From Candidatus Omnitrophota bacterium (GTDB lineage: Bacteria; Omnitrophota; Gorgyraeia; Duberdicusellales; 4484-171), in assembly GCA_016935525.1 (NCBI GenBank), contig JAFGQU010000004.1, forward strand, positions 1,314 to 65,313: DNA of 64,000 nt. Direction: 5' to 3'. The notes below the pieces were generated by a model. That model was not told the DNA's origin. It searched no databases and saw only the letters and a list, made by a program, of their open reading frames with translations. This document shows positions 31,262-41,566 of the stretch, piece by piece. The translations under genes were made by a program, and so were the position numbers. Every line of letters begins with the position of its first letter. The stretch's first letter is position 1.

Positions 31262-32950
31262 TTATCCCAGCGATGCGACTTTCTGCTCCAGCTCGATCAT
31301 TTTCGTCGAAACATACCGGTTTACCATGCCCCGTTCCAATACCCCTACTACGCGTTTTTCTTCAGTCACTACCGGAAGATAATCCAGATTACACTTATCC
31401 ATCATTTCCCGGGCTTCACTGATAGGGATATGAGAAGGAATGTCCGGAGGCGGGGGATCCATGATATCGTGAGCGACAAAAATGTGTCCCAAGTCGTGAT
31501 ACTGGAAGCTTCGGCGGATACTTTCTACGGTAATCACGCCGGCTAACCGCTCACCGGTCTCTACTACCGGGTAATACAGGCATTCGTGCTGGCTGAAAAT
31601 ATCAAGGATGTCGGTCAACGGAATATTCTTGTACATCAACGGATAATTCTTATCCATCACGTCTTCTACTCTGGCTTTACGTAATATGTCCTCTTCGGTA
31701 ATATTTAATCCCACTTCCTGCGCTTTTTCTACGGCATACTTGACCGAAGTCGGCCCGAGTAATTGGACCACAAACGTAGATGCGGTAATAATGATCACGA
31801 TAGAAAGGCCGATATCTCCGGGGAAAGCGTGATAGGCTACTATAGACAATCCGATAGCGACCCCGGCCTGGCTGAAAAGACAAAACGGTAAATATTTCTG
31901 GACTGTACTGGGAGCGCCGGAGAATCGCCCGCCTAACATCGCACCGACCATCTTTCCTATCGTCCGGCCGATAAGATAAATACTGGCAATGGCGATCACC
32001 GGTAAGGTCATGTTATGCATATTGAGTTTTGCCCCGATAAGGACAAAAAATAACACGTAAAGAGGCGAAGCGAATGAAGAGACTAACTTGAATACCTCTT
32101 TACTCATCCGCGGCACGCAATTGACCACGACCGTACCTAACGCCATCGCCGCAAGCAGCATATCCACTTTTATCGCCAAAGAAAAACCCAGCACAAACAG
32201 TACCGCGCCTAAGGAAAACGCAAGGACCCGTTCCCGTTCGGTATATTTACGGATCATCTTAGAAAGGCTCAGGCCGGCAAGCGTTCCCACCACGATTGCG
32301 CCGCCTATTTCATACAACGGATGCACGAGTGCCGGGATAAACCCTTCGGTACTTTGTCCCAAAAGTTTTGCCGCGATACTTGAGGCAATCGCAAAAAGCA
32401 TAAGCGCTAATCCGTCATCCATCGCGACGATCCCTAAGACCATCGTCGTAAGCGGCCCGCGGGTCTTATATTCCCATAACACGTCCGTCGTTGCCGCCGG
32501 CGCGGTCGCCGATGAAATCGCCCCTAAGAGCAATCCCAACGCCCAGTAATACGTCCCCTGGCCGAAGAACAAGGTACCCAGAAACCCCACCAGAAGAAAC
32601 ACAACGATAAAGGCGATAAGTCCTTCCGACAATAAAATAATGGCAAACTGTTTCCCGTAGCGTTTAAATACCTCTCTCTTCAATTCTCCGCCGATAGCGA
32701 ACCCAATCAATCCTAACGCGAAATAGTTGAACGGCTGCATGGTCTCGATAATCTCTTTATCGATAATGTTAAACCCGGTCTGTCCGACGACAATACCGAT
32801 GATAATATAACCGACCACCTGAGGGATCTTGAGTTTCTGGAATACCCGTCCGCCGATCGTTCCCCCGAAAAGGGCAAGACCTAAAAGCAGAAGTATATTC
32901 AGGTCGAAAAAGGATATCCGGGTAAATAGAGGGGAAACCTGTTCAAACAT
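31262..32950 (-). CDS. Cation:proton antiporter with C-terminal CBS pair
   Basis: IPQVVGYI, SATAPAAT, AMDD, FFVLIG, QAGVAIG; V.DVM...CBS repeats. Confidence 0.9.
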   Translation of the reverse strand: MFEQVSPLFTRISFFDLNILLLLGLALFGGTIGGRVFQKLKIPQVVGYIIIGIVVGQTGFNIIDKEIIETMQPFNYFALGLIGFAIGGELKREVFKRYGKQFAIILLSEGLIAFIVVFLLVGFLGTLFFGQGTYYWALGLLLGAISSATAPAATTDVLWEYKTRGPLTTMVLGIVAMDDGLALMLFAIASSIAAKLLGQSTEGFIPALVHPLYEIGGAIVVGTLAGLSLSKMIRKYTERERVLAFSLGAVLFVLGFSLAIKVDMLLAAMALGTVVVNCVPRMSKEVFKLVSSFASPLYVLFFVLIGAKLNMHNMTLPVIAIASIYLIGRTIGKMVGAMLGGRFSGAPSTVQKYLPFCLFSQAGVAIGLSIVAYHAFPGDIGLSIVIIITASTFVVQLLGPTSVKYAVEKAQEVGLNITEEDILRKARVEDVMDKNYPLMYKNIPLTDILDIFSQHECLYYPVVETGERLAGVITVESIRRSFQYHDLGHIFVAHDIMDPPPPDIPSHIPISEAREMMDKCNLDYLPVVTEEKRVVGVLERGMVNRYVSTKMIELEQKVASLG

Positions 32951-32970
32951 GTTTCTTTAGTCGTTGTTAT

Positions 32971-33043
32971 CGGGTGACGGGTATCGGGTTTCGGGTACCG
33001 GTGAAAATTCCAATTTTTTTCTACACCCTATACCCGGCCCCCT
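32971..33043. repeat. Heptamer-periodic inverted repeat element
   Basis: cgggtga cgggtat cgggttt cgggtac, then inverse acaccct atacccg. Confidence 0.65.
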
Positions 33044-33185
33044 ATGGCATGACCAGAGATTATAGACTCGTCCCCAAGTATCAGGCTATTATATCAAAAA
33101 GACACCGTTTGGTAAGGATTCTTCCGGAAACTATTTTTGCGGCATTCATAGGTATGAACAGTCAACGGTTCGGGGGCGGCCCTAT

Positions 33186-33815
33186 TTAGAAAATCCCGAA
33201 TAATAACGCGATCAACCGGTAGATGATGTTCTGTATGAAATCTATTATCGGATACAAAAAACCGGTAAACAACAGGATTATGATTACAAAAAACCCGTAA
33301 GGTTCGAACGCGGCAAAACTGCGTTGAATATCCGGGGGCAGGAATCCCATAAGCACTTTCGAACCGTCAAGCGGAGGTATCGGTATCAGATTGAACGCCC
33401 CTAAGATGATATTGATCCGGGCGACGACAGAAAGGATCGTCACGGCGGCCTGATTACCCAGTATTGACGGAAACTGCAGCAAAAAGAGCGCGACCGTCGC
33501 GATAAGGATATTGGTCAGGCATCCCGCGAGAGAAACGGCGACAAACGCGGCCCGGGAATTTTTTAACGCGTAATAGTTCACCGGGACCGGCTTGGCCCAA
33601 CCGAACCCGGCCACAAACAGCATCAAGGTCCCCATCGGATCAAGATGATTGAACGGATTAAGCGACAATCTTCCGGCATCTTTTGCCGTCGTATCGCCGA
33701 ACCATCCGGCGACAACCCCATGCGCTAATTCATGAGCGATCACCGAATAGAGTAACGGGAACGCCAGAATAATAAATGCCACCGGATTATGGAGTAATAG
33801 CGAAAGTAATCCCAT
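33186..33815 (-). CDS. Site-2 protease (M50 family)
   Basis: HELAH, GDTTAK..GRLSLNP, FNLIPIPPLDG. Confidence 0.93.
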   Translation of the reverse strand: MGLLSLLLHNPVAFIILAFPLLYSVIAHELAHGVVAGWFGDTTAKDAGRLSLNPFNHLDPMGTLMLFVAGFGWAKPVPVNYYALKNSRAAFVAVSLAGCLTNILIATVALFLLQFPSILGNQAAVTILSVVARINIILGAFNLIPIPPLDGSKVLMGFLPPDIQRSFAAFEPYGFFVIIILLFTGFLYPIIDFIQNIIYRLIALLFGIF

Positions 33816-33854
33816 AAATAATATTGTTTCTCTTTAAATCTCTTCGGTCGGATT

Positions 33855-34979
33855 TTACTTTTTATTCCCGTTCCCGTTATCGTTTATCTTCAGTTTACTG
33901 TTATCCATAACTATCTTCTCGACTTCGGCGAGCAATTTCGGTTTAATGTAATGGCTGATGGTAACGGTAGAATTCTCTTTCCATACCTGGTTCTTCTTAT
34001 CGAACCGTTTATGCCCCAAGCGTTCGGCGATCTCGAGGTATAACTCACGGATATCCTCTTTGGTGGCTTCTTTTCTGGTCTTAAGGAAATATTTTACCCG
34101 GGCAGTCGCGAAATACGACCTCACGATATGCGGAAAAAATTCTTTACCGCAGTACCGTTTGAACGCTTCGCGGAAATGGATATCCTGCAGGGGCCGGCGC
34201 GTATGTCCGTTTATAAATACATATTCGTTTCTTTTCTTACTTTTAAGTATTTTCCGTAATCTCTCTATGTAGATGTCGGGAAACCGCCGTTTGATCTCGA
34301 TAGGGACGCCGTCTTTTCCGATATAATTAAAGGTCACCTGGTTTTTCCGGATCGTGATATCTTTTTTCTTAAGCGTAGTCAATCCTTTATGTCCGCTGGT
34401 CTTATAATAGATCTCGTTGCCGATACGCATATACGTCTTAAGCAGAGTATACATCGGCACGGCCATGGCATCTTCGGGATCGTGGAGCGCCCGGCGCAGG
34501 TTTTTTCGGAGTTTACGGAAATACCGTTCAAAATCTTTTACTACCTGATATTTCCTTTTTACAAGTTCTTTCTTTTTCTCAAGCGTATAGACATAAGAGT
34601 AGGTCCCGCCGGGATTCTTGTAAAGGACATTCCAATGGTAATTCGAGTTCTCGTTATGGATGGTCAGTTCCGGAGAGAACAGAGAAAAGGCTTTATCCAG
34701 CTTTTTGCCGTTCGGCAGCACGTTGATCCGGGCCCCTTGAGGCTGTCCGTCAGGAGACAACTGGCCCTTAAGAAATTCGGGATTTTTTTTATCGATAAGG
34801 GCGCTGAACCGTTTATGCGCTTTGAAAAGCTTAATGACCAGGAGTGCTTCGGGAAAAGTCCGGGATGATCTTTTCCACCCTTTTCTACTTCTCTCATATA
34901 CCTTAAGCCCCACAGCCTTTATGCGGACCGTCCCGGGGAGAGTTATCTTCACTTTCATCTTTTTCTTCCGTTTTTTCAT
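33855..34979 (-). CDS. Type IB DNA topoisomerase (divergent)
   Basis: MRIGNEIY, GLTTL, FNYIGKDG, HIVRSY, LGH...SHYI give the R-K-R-H-Y catalytic pentad. Confidence 0.8.
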   Translation of the reverse strand: MKKRKKKMKVKITLPGTVRIKAVGLKVYERSRKGWKRSSRTFPEALLVIKLFKAHKRFSALIDKKNPEFLKGQLSPDGQPQGARINVLPNGKKLDKAFSLFSPELTIHNENSNYHWNVLYKNPGGTYSYVYTLEKKKELVKRKYQVVKDFERYFRKLRKNLRRALHDPEDAMAVPMYTLLKTYMRIGNEIYYKTSGHKGLTTLKKKDITIRKNQVTFNYIGKDGVPIEIKRRFPDIYIERLRKILKSKKRNEYVFINGHTRRPLQDIHFREAFKRYCGKEFFPHIVRSYFATARVKYFLKTRKEATKEDIRELYLEIAERLGHKRFDKKNQVWKENSTVTISHYIKPKLLAEVEKIVMDNSKLKINDNGNGNKK

Positions 34980-34987
34980 AGGAAAAG

Positions 34988-35257
34988 TTACCGACTTACC
35001 AGCTTTTCTTTCTGGGCGCGCGTCATCCTTTTGATCCGTGATTCCTCACGCATCGCGTTTTTAAGATAGGTATATTCTTTTCTCCACACAAGCTCGACCG
35101 GCAATCTCGCGCGGGTACAGCGCGAGGCTTTTGCGGCATTATGTTCCTCTACACGCCGGTTGAGATCATTCGTATATCCGGTATAGTAGGCGCCGTCGTT
35201 ACATTTTAAGATATATACATAAAATTTCCCCGATCGCACCACTTTCCGCTTTTTCAT
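34988..35257 (-). CDS. GIY-YIG nuclease (UPF0213, YhbQ/YazA-like)
   Basis: YVYILKCNDGAYYTGYT.DL.RR..EHN, A.REE..IK. Confidence 0.9.
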   Translation of the reverse strand: MKKRKVVRSGKFYVYILKCNDGAYYTGYTNDLNRRVEEHNAAKASRCTRARLPVELVWRKEYTYLKNAMREESRIKRMTRAQKEKLVSR

Positions 35258-35287
35258 TTTATCATAATTCCGATTTGATTGGGATTG

Positions 35288-35539
35288 TTATATCACTCTG
35301 GTCACTGCCGGATGAGCGCTTAACGCGGCATAAATCCGATTACGGACAGCTTCGGTCTCGACCGATACCGTCAATTCAAGCGAGATATATTTCCCTTTAC
35401 TGCTGATATTGGAAAACGAAAGATCATAGTCTCTTTGACCAAGGATATCTTCGACGGCGCATTTGATCGACTCCCCGTCGGTCCCGATGATCCGATACCC
35501 CCATTGGCAGGGATATTCTATTTTTGAGTTTTTCATCAT
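35288..35539 (-). CDS. DUF493 (YbeD-like) protein
   Basis: IEYPC.W.Y.IIG, SSKGKYIS, IY..L..HP.V..VI. Confidence 0.88.
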   Translation of the reverse strand: MMKNSKIEYPCQWGYRIIGTDGESIKCAVEDILGQRDYDLSFSNISSKGKYISLELTVSVETEAVRNRIYAALSAHPAVTRVI

Positions 35540-35598
35540 ATTTTTTTGCCGGCTGACGATGTAATGGGAAAAGACCCGGATTCGGGAAGAAAGATTTT

Positions 35599-37101
35599 TT
35601 AACGGGCCCGCTGAGTTTTTTTAGTCAATTCACTTAAATATTTTTTTACCGGAAGGCCGATCTCCTCGGCACGCAGGCGCCATTCCCAGTTGCCTTTAGC
35701 CACCGAGGGGACATTCATCCGGCAATCTTCTCCCAACCCCAGTATATCCTGAATGGGAAAAATAACGGTATTGGCCCGGGAATCCATGATCCGGCCGATA
35801 AATTCTTGCGCGACCCCCTCCGGCGTCGCCTCGGCTCCTAAAAATTCACCTACTCTACGCAGCTCTTCTTCACCGGCTTCATGTTCAAACCATCCCCGCG
35901 CGGTATTATTGTCATGCGTACCGGTATAAGCAATACAATTTTTCTCGTAATTCCGCGGCAAATAAGGATGCCGGGGATTATCTTCGCCAAAAGCGAACAA
36001 AAGGACTTTCATTCCGGGCAGTTTGAACTTTTTCATTATTTCTCTCACATCGTCAGTGATCAAGCCTAAGTCTTCGGCAATGATCGGTAACGGCGAGAAC
36101 TCACTCCTCAATGTGTTGAGGAAACTTTCAATCGGGGCCTTTACCCATTCTCCGTTGATAGCGGTCGTCTCCCCGGCAGGGACCTGCCAGTACGCGACTA
36201 ATCCCCGGAAATGATCGATCCTTACAATATCAAAAACACTCAAGTTATGTTCCATACGGGTCATCCACCAGGTAAACCTTTTTTGTTTCATCACGTTCCA
36301 TCTATACAGAGGATTACCCCAAAGCTGGCCGGTCGAGCTGAAATAATCCGGGGGAACTCCGGCAACATGCGTCGGTTTTTTCTGAGCGTCTAATTTGAAC
36401 ACACCCGTACTCTTCCATACCTCAGCGCTGTCGTAACTGACATAGATAGGCATATCGCCGATGATCTTTACCCCTTTCTTTTTACAATATTTCTTAAGCG
36501 CATACCACTGGCGGAAAAATATGAACTGCAGGAATTTTTCTTTTTCGATCTCACCGGAATGCTGTTTTTTGAATTCATTGAGGTCTTTTGTTTTGCGATC
36601 CCGCAAGCTTTCCGGCCACCCGTCCCAGGATTTTCCGCCCAATACCCGTTTGATCACTACAAATAAAGCGTAATCTTCGAGCCAGTAAGAATGCTGAGTA
36701 CAGAATTTTTCATATTCCGGCAGTCTCTTTTTTTGTGAGGAAAATTTCTCAAAAGCACGGCTATATAACCGCATTTTATACTCGGTGACCGCGGCATACT
36801 CGCATCGCCGGGCGGGAAAATCCGGCAGAGGCTCTATCTCATCCGGTGAGAGAAATTGTTCTTTGATAAGCAGGTCCGGACTGATAAAAAGAATATTACC
36901 GGCAAACGCGGAATTACTGCTGTAGGGAGAATTCCCGCAGGCTGCATCGGTAGGGTTTAACGGTAATATCTGCCAATAACTCTGCCGGGCCTCACTAAGG
37001 AAATCGACAAACGTATAGGCGTCAGGACCGAAATCACCGATACCGTATCTTGAAGGCAATGAAGAAATATGCAGGAGTATCCCGCTTGCCCTTTTTTTCA
37101 T
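35599..37101 (-). CDS. malQ: 4-alpha-glucanotransferase (amylomaltase, GH77)
   Basis: SGILLHISSLP, GVPPDYFS.TGQLWGNP, RIDHFRG, AEDLG, YTGTHDN, RMNVP..NW.WR. Confidence 0.96.
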   Translation of the reverse strand: MKKRASGILLHISSLPSRYGIGDFGPDAYTFVDFLSEARQSYWQILPLNPTDAACGNSPYSSNSAFAGNILFISPDLLIKEQFLSPDEIEPLPDFPARRCEYAAVTEYKMRLYSRAFEKFSSQKKRLPEYEKFCTQHSYWLEDYALFVVIKRVLGGKSWDGWPESLRDRKTKDLNEFKKQHSGEIEKEKFLQFIFFRQWYALKKYCKKKGVKIIGDMPIYVSYDSAEVWKSTGVFKLDAQKKPTHVAGVPPDYFSSTGQLWGNPLYRWNVMKQKRFTWWMTRMEHNLSVFDIVRIDHFRGLVAYWQVPAGETTAINGEWVKAPIESFLNTLRSEFSPLPIIAEDLGLITDDVREIMKKFKLPGMKVLLFAFGEDNPRHPYLPRNYEKNCIAYTGTHDNNTARGWFEHEAGEEELRRVGEFLGAEATPEGVAQEFIGRIMDSRANTVIFPIQDILGLGEDCRMNVPSVAKGNWEWRLRAEEIGLPVKKYLSELTKKTQRAR

Positions 37102-37150
37102 TTTTGTTCTCCTTACGCCGCAGACCGACCAAGTTTAAGAGATACCTAGA

Positions 37151-38359
37151 TCAACCTTGCAAGAAAAAAACCATAAGCGCGAGATAATCGCTAAGATGGC
37201 GGGTAATCAAAAAGTTGCGACGAGTATATTCTTTCGCGTTTTCTCCGATACGGGCAGCTGCTTCCTGATTGTTCAATAAATACCGTATACGGTAAGCGCA
37301 CCCTTCAACAGAATTCACCGTAAACCCGGTACGGCCGTACACGATCTGGACCGTGATCCCGCCTACGGCTCCGCCGATCACCGGTTTCCCTTTCCACATC
37401 GCCTCGGCCACGGTAAGCCCGAACCCTTCTTTGGTGGATTTCTGCAAAATAACCGTGGCCGCCCGTTGAAGAGCGTTGATCACGGAATTCGCGTCCGGCG
37501 GAAGGTCAAGAATAATGATATCTTCGTCCTGCCGAGCCGCTTCTTGTACGTCATGCAATACCTGTAACCCTTCCGGATCATCCGTCGCGCTCCCGCCGGC
37601 AAGAATAAGCCGGCAGGCGTTATATTTTTTAACGATCCGGTAGGCTTCGATCACCCCCAGCGGGTCTTTGAACCGGTCGAAACGGGATACCTGCAGAATG
37701 ATCGGTTTATCGCGGGGGATAGCGTATTGAGTCAACACCCCGTTTATTTCTTCCTCGGTCAATTCTCTATTTTTATCGCTTAACGGGTCAATGGAAGGAT
37801 ACATCAAAAACTGCGGAATCGAAAGTTTCTGGGCAAAATTCGGCAACGAGAATATCGCTCCGTCGTATCGGGATACGTATTCTTTTAAAAAGTTCCAGAC
37901 TTTACGCTGGGGACGGGAAATATCGATATGGCAGCGCCATAACCATTTTGCTTTTCTGGGTTTTTTATAAATAAATCCGGCCGGCTGGGGATCGTGAATC
38001 ACTGTGAAATCGGCGTCGAAAGAGATCTTACGCGCGTTCTTTTTATTCACTTTTATGTATTCTTCGTACATCTGAGAAGTTATCAACTGCGCCTGTCCCT
38101 GTAACGCGTTATGAAAACTTTTTGTGGTCTGATAAAACAAAGGAGTCCCCTCGATGATCTCCCAGCGGGTAGGGATCTCTAATTCATTGAAGAACGGCAC
38201 AAGACGAAGCAACATTTCCGCGACCCCGCCGCCCAGGCGCGTAGAATTTACATGCAGGAGCGTTCGATTTTTAAGCCGTTCGGCAAGATGGTAAATCAAA
38301 TCGACCGACCCGGGAGGAGTTACTTCGCGATAGGATTGAAGCGATACCATGTTATCCAT
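37151..38359 (-). CDS. treT: Trehalose synthase TreT (GT4)
   Basis: HVNST..GGGVAE, FHNALQG, HDPQP, WRCHID, SRFD.FKD, EGFGLTV.EA.WK. Confidence 0.9.
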   Translation of the reverse strand: MDNMVSLQSYREVTPPGSVDLIYHLAERLKNRTLLHVNSTRLGGGVAEMLLRLVPFFNELEIPTRWEIIEGTPLFYQTTKSFHNALQGQAQLITSQMYEEYIKVNKKNARKISFDADFTVIHDPQPAGFIYKKPRKAKWLWRCHIDISRPQRKVWNFLKEYVSRYDGAIFSLPNFAQKLSIPQFLMYPSIDPLSDKNRELTEEEINGVLTQYAIPRDKPIILQVSRFDRFKDPLGVIEAYRIVKKYNACRLILAGGSATDDPEGLQVLHDVQEAARQDEDIIILDLPPDANSVINALQRAATVILQKSTKEGFGLTVAEAMWKGKPVIGGAVGGITVQIVYGRTGFTVNSVEGCAYRIRYLLNNQEAAARIGENAKEYTRRNFLITRHLSDYLALMVFFLQG

Positions 38360-38996
38360 GCAATTCTCCCTGGCATAAATCAAGCAATTTAATCCTTAAC
38401 GCTTCCAGACTGTACATATAGCTGTCGATCATTTCAAACTTATCAGCAAGTTCTTTACGTCCTAACACCTGTTCGATCCATAAAGCAAAATCGCTTCTTC
38501 CCAGCCTGTCGCGCAGACGGGCTTCAAATACGTGATTATAAATAGCGCTGGCATCGGTTGTTTTTAACGCTTCGACGAATTCCGCCAGGTTCGCTACCGA
38601 TACGCCGGTAGGGACCTCGATGATATGGGACTGCATAAAATAAAACGGCTGGCCGTAGACAACCGCCGGGACCGTCTTAAGTTGAGACAAATGGCTGTCG
38701 ATGATCTCGATAAATTCGCTGCGGATATCTTCGATCGTCTTGCCGCCGCTTGCGGTCACATCGGCAAGTCTTTCTCCTAATACCCGATCGCGCACCTGGA
38801 TCGCCGCCCAATTGGCGAAATCATTAGGGTATTCACCGGAAATATAGTAATGACGTAAAAAATAACTGTGGGTATGGTAATAGATCGAATCGACCGGGAC
38901 CTCTTCAATAAGTTCAAGAAGCTCCTGCTCATCATCGGCTCTTTTACCGAGAAGTTCTTTGATCTCGATGCATCCCATAAAATGGAATTCGTTCAT
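38352..38996 (-). CDS. DUF5752-family protein (TreT-associated)
   Basis: Internal duplication SIYYH..NDFA.W / AIYNH..SDFA.W; coupled to treT. Confidence 0.8.
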   Translation of the reverse strand: MNEFHFMGCIEIKELLGKRADDEQELLELIEEVPVDSIYYHTHSYFLRHYYISGEYPNDFANWAAIQVRDRVLGERLADVTASGGKTIEDIRSEFIEIIDSHLSQLKTVPAVVYGQPFYFMQSHIIEVPTGVSVANLAEFVEALKTTDASAIYNHVFEARLRDRLGRSDFALWIEQVLGRKELADKFEMIDSYMYSLEALRIKLLDLCQGELHG

Positions 38997-39271
38997 CGTC
39001 CGCCTTCCTTGCGATCTAATAAAAAATACACAAACTCTCTCATCGGACAACCTTTATCACTTTAACATATCATTTTTATTTTTCAAGAAGAACAAAGACG
39101 CGTTTTCTTCCGGGAAAATCCAAAGGTGGACTTTTAACCTTTCCGGACGGCGGACACAGTAAACTCCGGAGCCTTCACATAACAATCAGGCAATAGGGCC
39201 GGTCCCTCTAAGCCATGCGCATTGAGTACCGAGCGAAGAGACGATATTGGCGTTTTTTTCAGGCGGTCCTT

Positions 39272-40723
39272 TTATCCGGCCGCAACAGGATCTTCTTCCT
39301 CCGACACGGATAGGACATCTTCGTCCGGAGGGCACTTGCCGGTCCAACAGTACAGACAGAGTTTCTCGCGAGGCAAACCGATAGCTTCTACCATATCGTC
39401 GATTGTCTGATAACGCAACGTAGTAACTCCTAAATCACGGGCAATCCATTCGACCATTTCCCGATACTGCGGGGTAGTATGGTCAAGATATGCCGAGATA
39501 TCTTCGATATCTTTTCCTTCGAGTGCCCCGATAGCCCGACGGGCGACAAGCTCTTCCCTGCTGCGAGTAGAAAGACAGAACCGGCAGGGAAACATCAACG
39601 GCGGACAGGCCGGCCGGGCATGGACTTCTTTCGCTCCGCAATCCCACAGTTTACTTACCGTAAAATTCTTAAGCTGCGTCCCTCGGACGATCGAATCTTC
39701 ACATACCACGATCCGGTTCCCTTCAATGATCTCTTTGATCGGAATCAATTTCATCCGGGCAATAAGGTCACGAGTCTCCTGGGCCGGAGGGGTATAGCTG
39801 CGACCATATCCGGGAGTATATTTGATCAGCGGTCGGCGGTAAGGTTTTTTTGATTCCATCGCATACCCTATAGCGTGCGCTATTCCCGAATCCGGCACGC
39901 CGGAAACAACGTCTATTTCGATATCTTTATCCCGACGGGCAAGAGCTCTTCCGCAGCGTTCTCTGACCACTTCGACATTGACCCCTTCATAACTCGATGC
40001 GGGACATCCGGTATAGATCCATAAAAAAGCGCAAATTTGTTTTGTATTGTGTACGGAATTTTTCTCAATAACCCCTTCTTCATTTAAAAGGACTATCTGG
40101 CCGGGATTGAGATCTTTTATTACTTCAAACTCAAGATTCGTAAAAGCAGCCGTCTCAGCGGTTACGGCCCAGGCGTTTTCTTTTTTCCCAATCACCAGAG
40201 GAGTATATCCCAACCGATCACGAGCGGCATAGATACCGTCTTTATTGAGGATCAAAAGCGAACAGGAACCTTTAATCATCTCAAACATCCGTTCGATCCC
40301 ATCCACCAGATTCTCGCCCTGACTGATAAGTTTCGCAATCAATTCCGGCACGTTCACTCCGTCATGGCTCACCTCGCTGAATGACAAGCCTTTTCTTAAT
40401 ACTCCGGCAGCAAGTTCTTCTTTATTTTCAATAAGACCGGCGGTCACTATACAGAACGGCCCGAACTTGGAATTTAAATATATCGGCTGTTCATCGGAAT
40501 CGCTGATCACACCGATCCCTTTATTTCCCCGCATATGTTTATAGTTTTCATAAAACTTAGATTTAAACTGGCTCTGGCTGATATTATGGATATACCGGAT
40601 AAGCTCCTTATCTAACACCGCCAACCCTCCGTATTCGGTCCCCAGATGAGTATGGTAATCCGTACCATAAAATAAATCCTGAGTACAATCTTTCTTTGCT
40701 ATGATGCCAAATATCCCGCTCAT
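39272..40723 (-). CDS. purF: Amidophosphoribosyltransferase-like protein with a degenerate glutaminase site
   Basis: YAARD..G..PL, GVPDSG, EDSIVRGT PRPP loop, Fe-S Cys (ICAF, FPC, LCLYC); starts MSG rather than MCG. Confidence 0.85.
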   Translation of the reverse strand: MSGIFGIIAKKDCTQDLFYGTDYHTHLGTEYGGLAVLDKELIRYIHNISQSQFKSKFYENYKHMRGNKGIGVISDSDEQPIYLNSKFGPFCIVTAGLIENKEELAAGVLRKGLSFSEVSHDGVNVPELIAKLISQGENLVDGIERMFEMIKGSCSLLILNKDGIYAARDRLGYTPLVIGKKENAWAVTAETAAFTNLEFEVIKDLNPGQIVLLNEEGVIEKNSVHNTKQICAFLWIYTGCPASSYEGVNVEVVRERCGRALARRDKDIEIDVVSGVPDSGIAHAIGYAMESKKPYRRPLIKYTPGYGRSYTPPAQETRDLIARMKLIPIKEIIEGNRIVVCEDSIVRGTQLKNFTVSKLWDCGAKEVHARPACPPLMFPCRFCLSTRSREELVARRAIGALEGKDIEDISAYLDHTTPQYREMVEWIARDLGVTTLRYQTIDDMVEAIGLPREKLCLYCWTGKCPPDEDVLSVSEEEDPVAAG

Positions 40724-40741
40724 CGTTCAGCCTCCTTATGT

Positions 40742-41083
40742 TTACCGTATCTCGCTATGCCGGTATTTAATGACTTTCACCTTTTCTAAAGTTACCAACC
40801 CTTCGGTAACCGTTTCGTCTAAAAACGGTATTAATTTATTTAAGTTCTCTTCCGTATCGACCAATTCGATCACGATCGGCATGTCTTCGGAAAGCCGCAT
40901 GATCTTTGCCGAATGCATGTGGCTATCGGCGCCAAACCCCATAATGCCCCTGAGTACGGTCGCTCCGGCAAGCCCCAGCTCTCTCGCCTTCACGACGATC
41001 TGTTCATATAACGGCTTACCGTGATATTTATCGGACTCCCCGATAAAAATCCTTAACAGCGCCCCTTCTTGAGGTAATCTCAT
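40742..41083 (-). CDS. DUF190 (PII-like) protein
   Basis: LLRIFIGESD, GLAGATVLRGIMGFG, LSEDMPIVIE; follows crcB. Confidence 0.92.
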   Translation of the reverse strand: MRLPQEGALLRIFIGESDKYHGKPLYEQIVVKARELGLAGATVLRGIMGFGADSHMHSAKIMRLSEDMPIVIELVDTEENLNKLIPFLDETVTEGLVTLEKVKVIKYRHSEIR

Positions 41084-41093
41084 ATAAGACCTC

Positions 41094-41480
41094 CTATCTG
41101 ATGATATGTAACACCGACCGTGAAAGAAAAAATCCGCATACGGCCAGCGTAATCCCCAAAATCAGACTTGCCGCGATATTTATACCGGCAAGCATATATT
41201 CACCGTCCCGTAACAGGTGGAAATTTTCCAGAGAGAAAGTGGAAAATGTGGTAAACGACCCCAGGATACCGATGAACAGGAATAACCTTATATTCTGGGG
41301 GACCGTAGTCGTTTCAAACATCCCCCATAATAATCCGATGAGAAATGAACCGGAAAGGTTTACTACCAATGTCCCCCAGGGGAACGTTCCGCTGGTAAAC
41401 CGATAGACCAATCCCGATACCCAGTATCTGAGTAACGCTCCCAGAGCCCCACCAATAGCTATATATACTATCTTCATCAT
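41094..41480 (-). CDS. crcB: Fluoride channel Fluc/CrcB
   Basis: GGALGALLRY, FPWGTL.VN..GSF, GILGSFTTFSTF. Confidence 0.95.
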   Translation of the reverse strand: MMKIVYIAIGGALGALLRYWVSGLVYRFTSGTFPWGTLVVNLSGSFLIGLLWGMFETTTVPQNIRLFLFIGILGSFTTFSTFSLENFHLLRDGEYMLAGINIAASLILGITLAVCGFFLSRSVLHIIR

Positions 41481-41499
41481 ACCATGCGGAGTATAAAAT

Positions 41500-41528
41500 A
41501 TTGTATAAGGCAGACAGGGTTCGTGCAA
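41500..41528 (-). promoter_or_regulatory. Sigma70 promoter of crcB
   Basis: TTGCAC-N17-TACAAT about 20 bp before the start. Confidence 0.55.
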
Positions 41529-41566
41529 GCCGAATACTAAAAAGAGAAGATACACCTGAAAAGATA

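Noticed and set aside
33855-34979. Phage integrase or prophage boundary
   Set aside because: The RIGNE, GLTTL and F.GK.G motifs fit TopIB better, and there are no phage genes or att-like repeats nearby.
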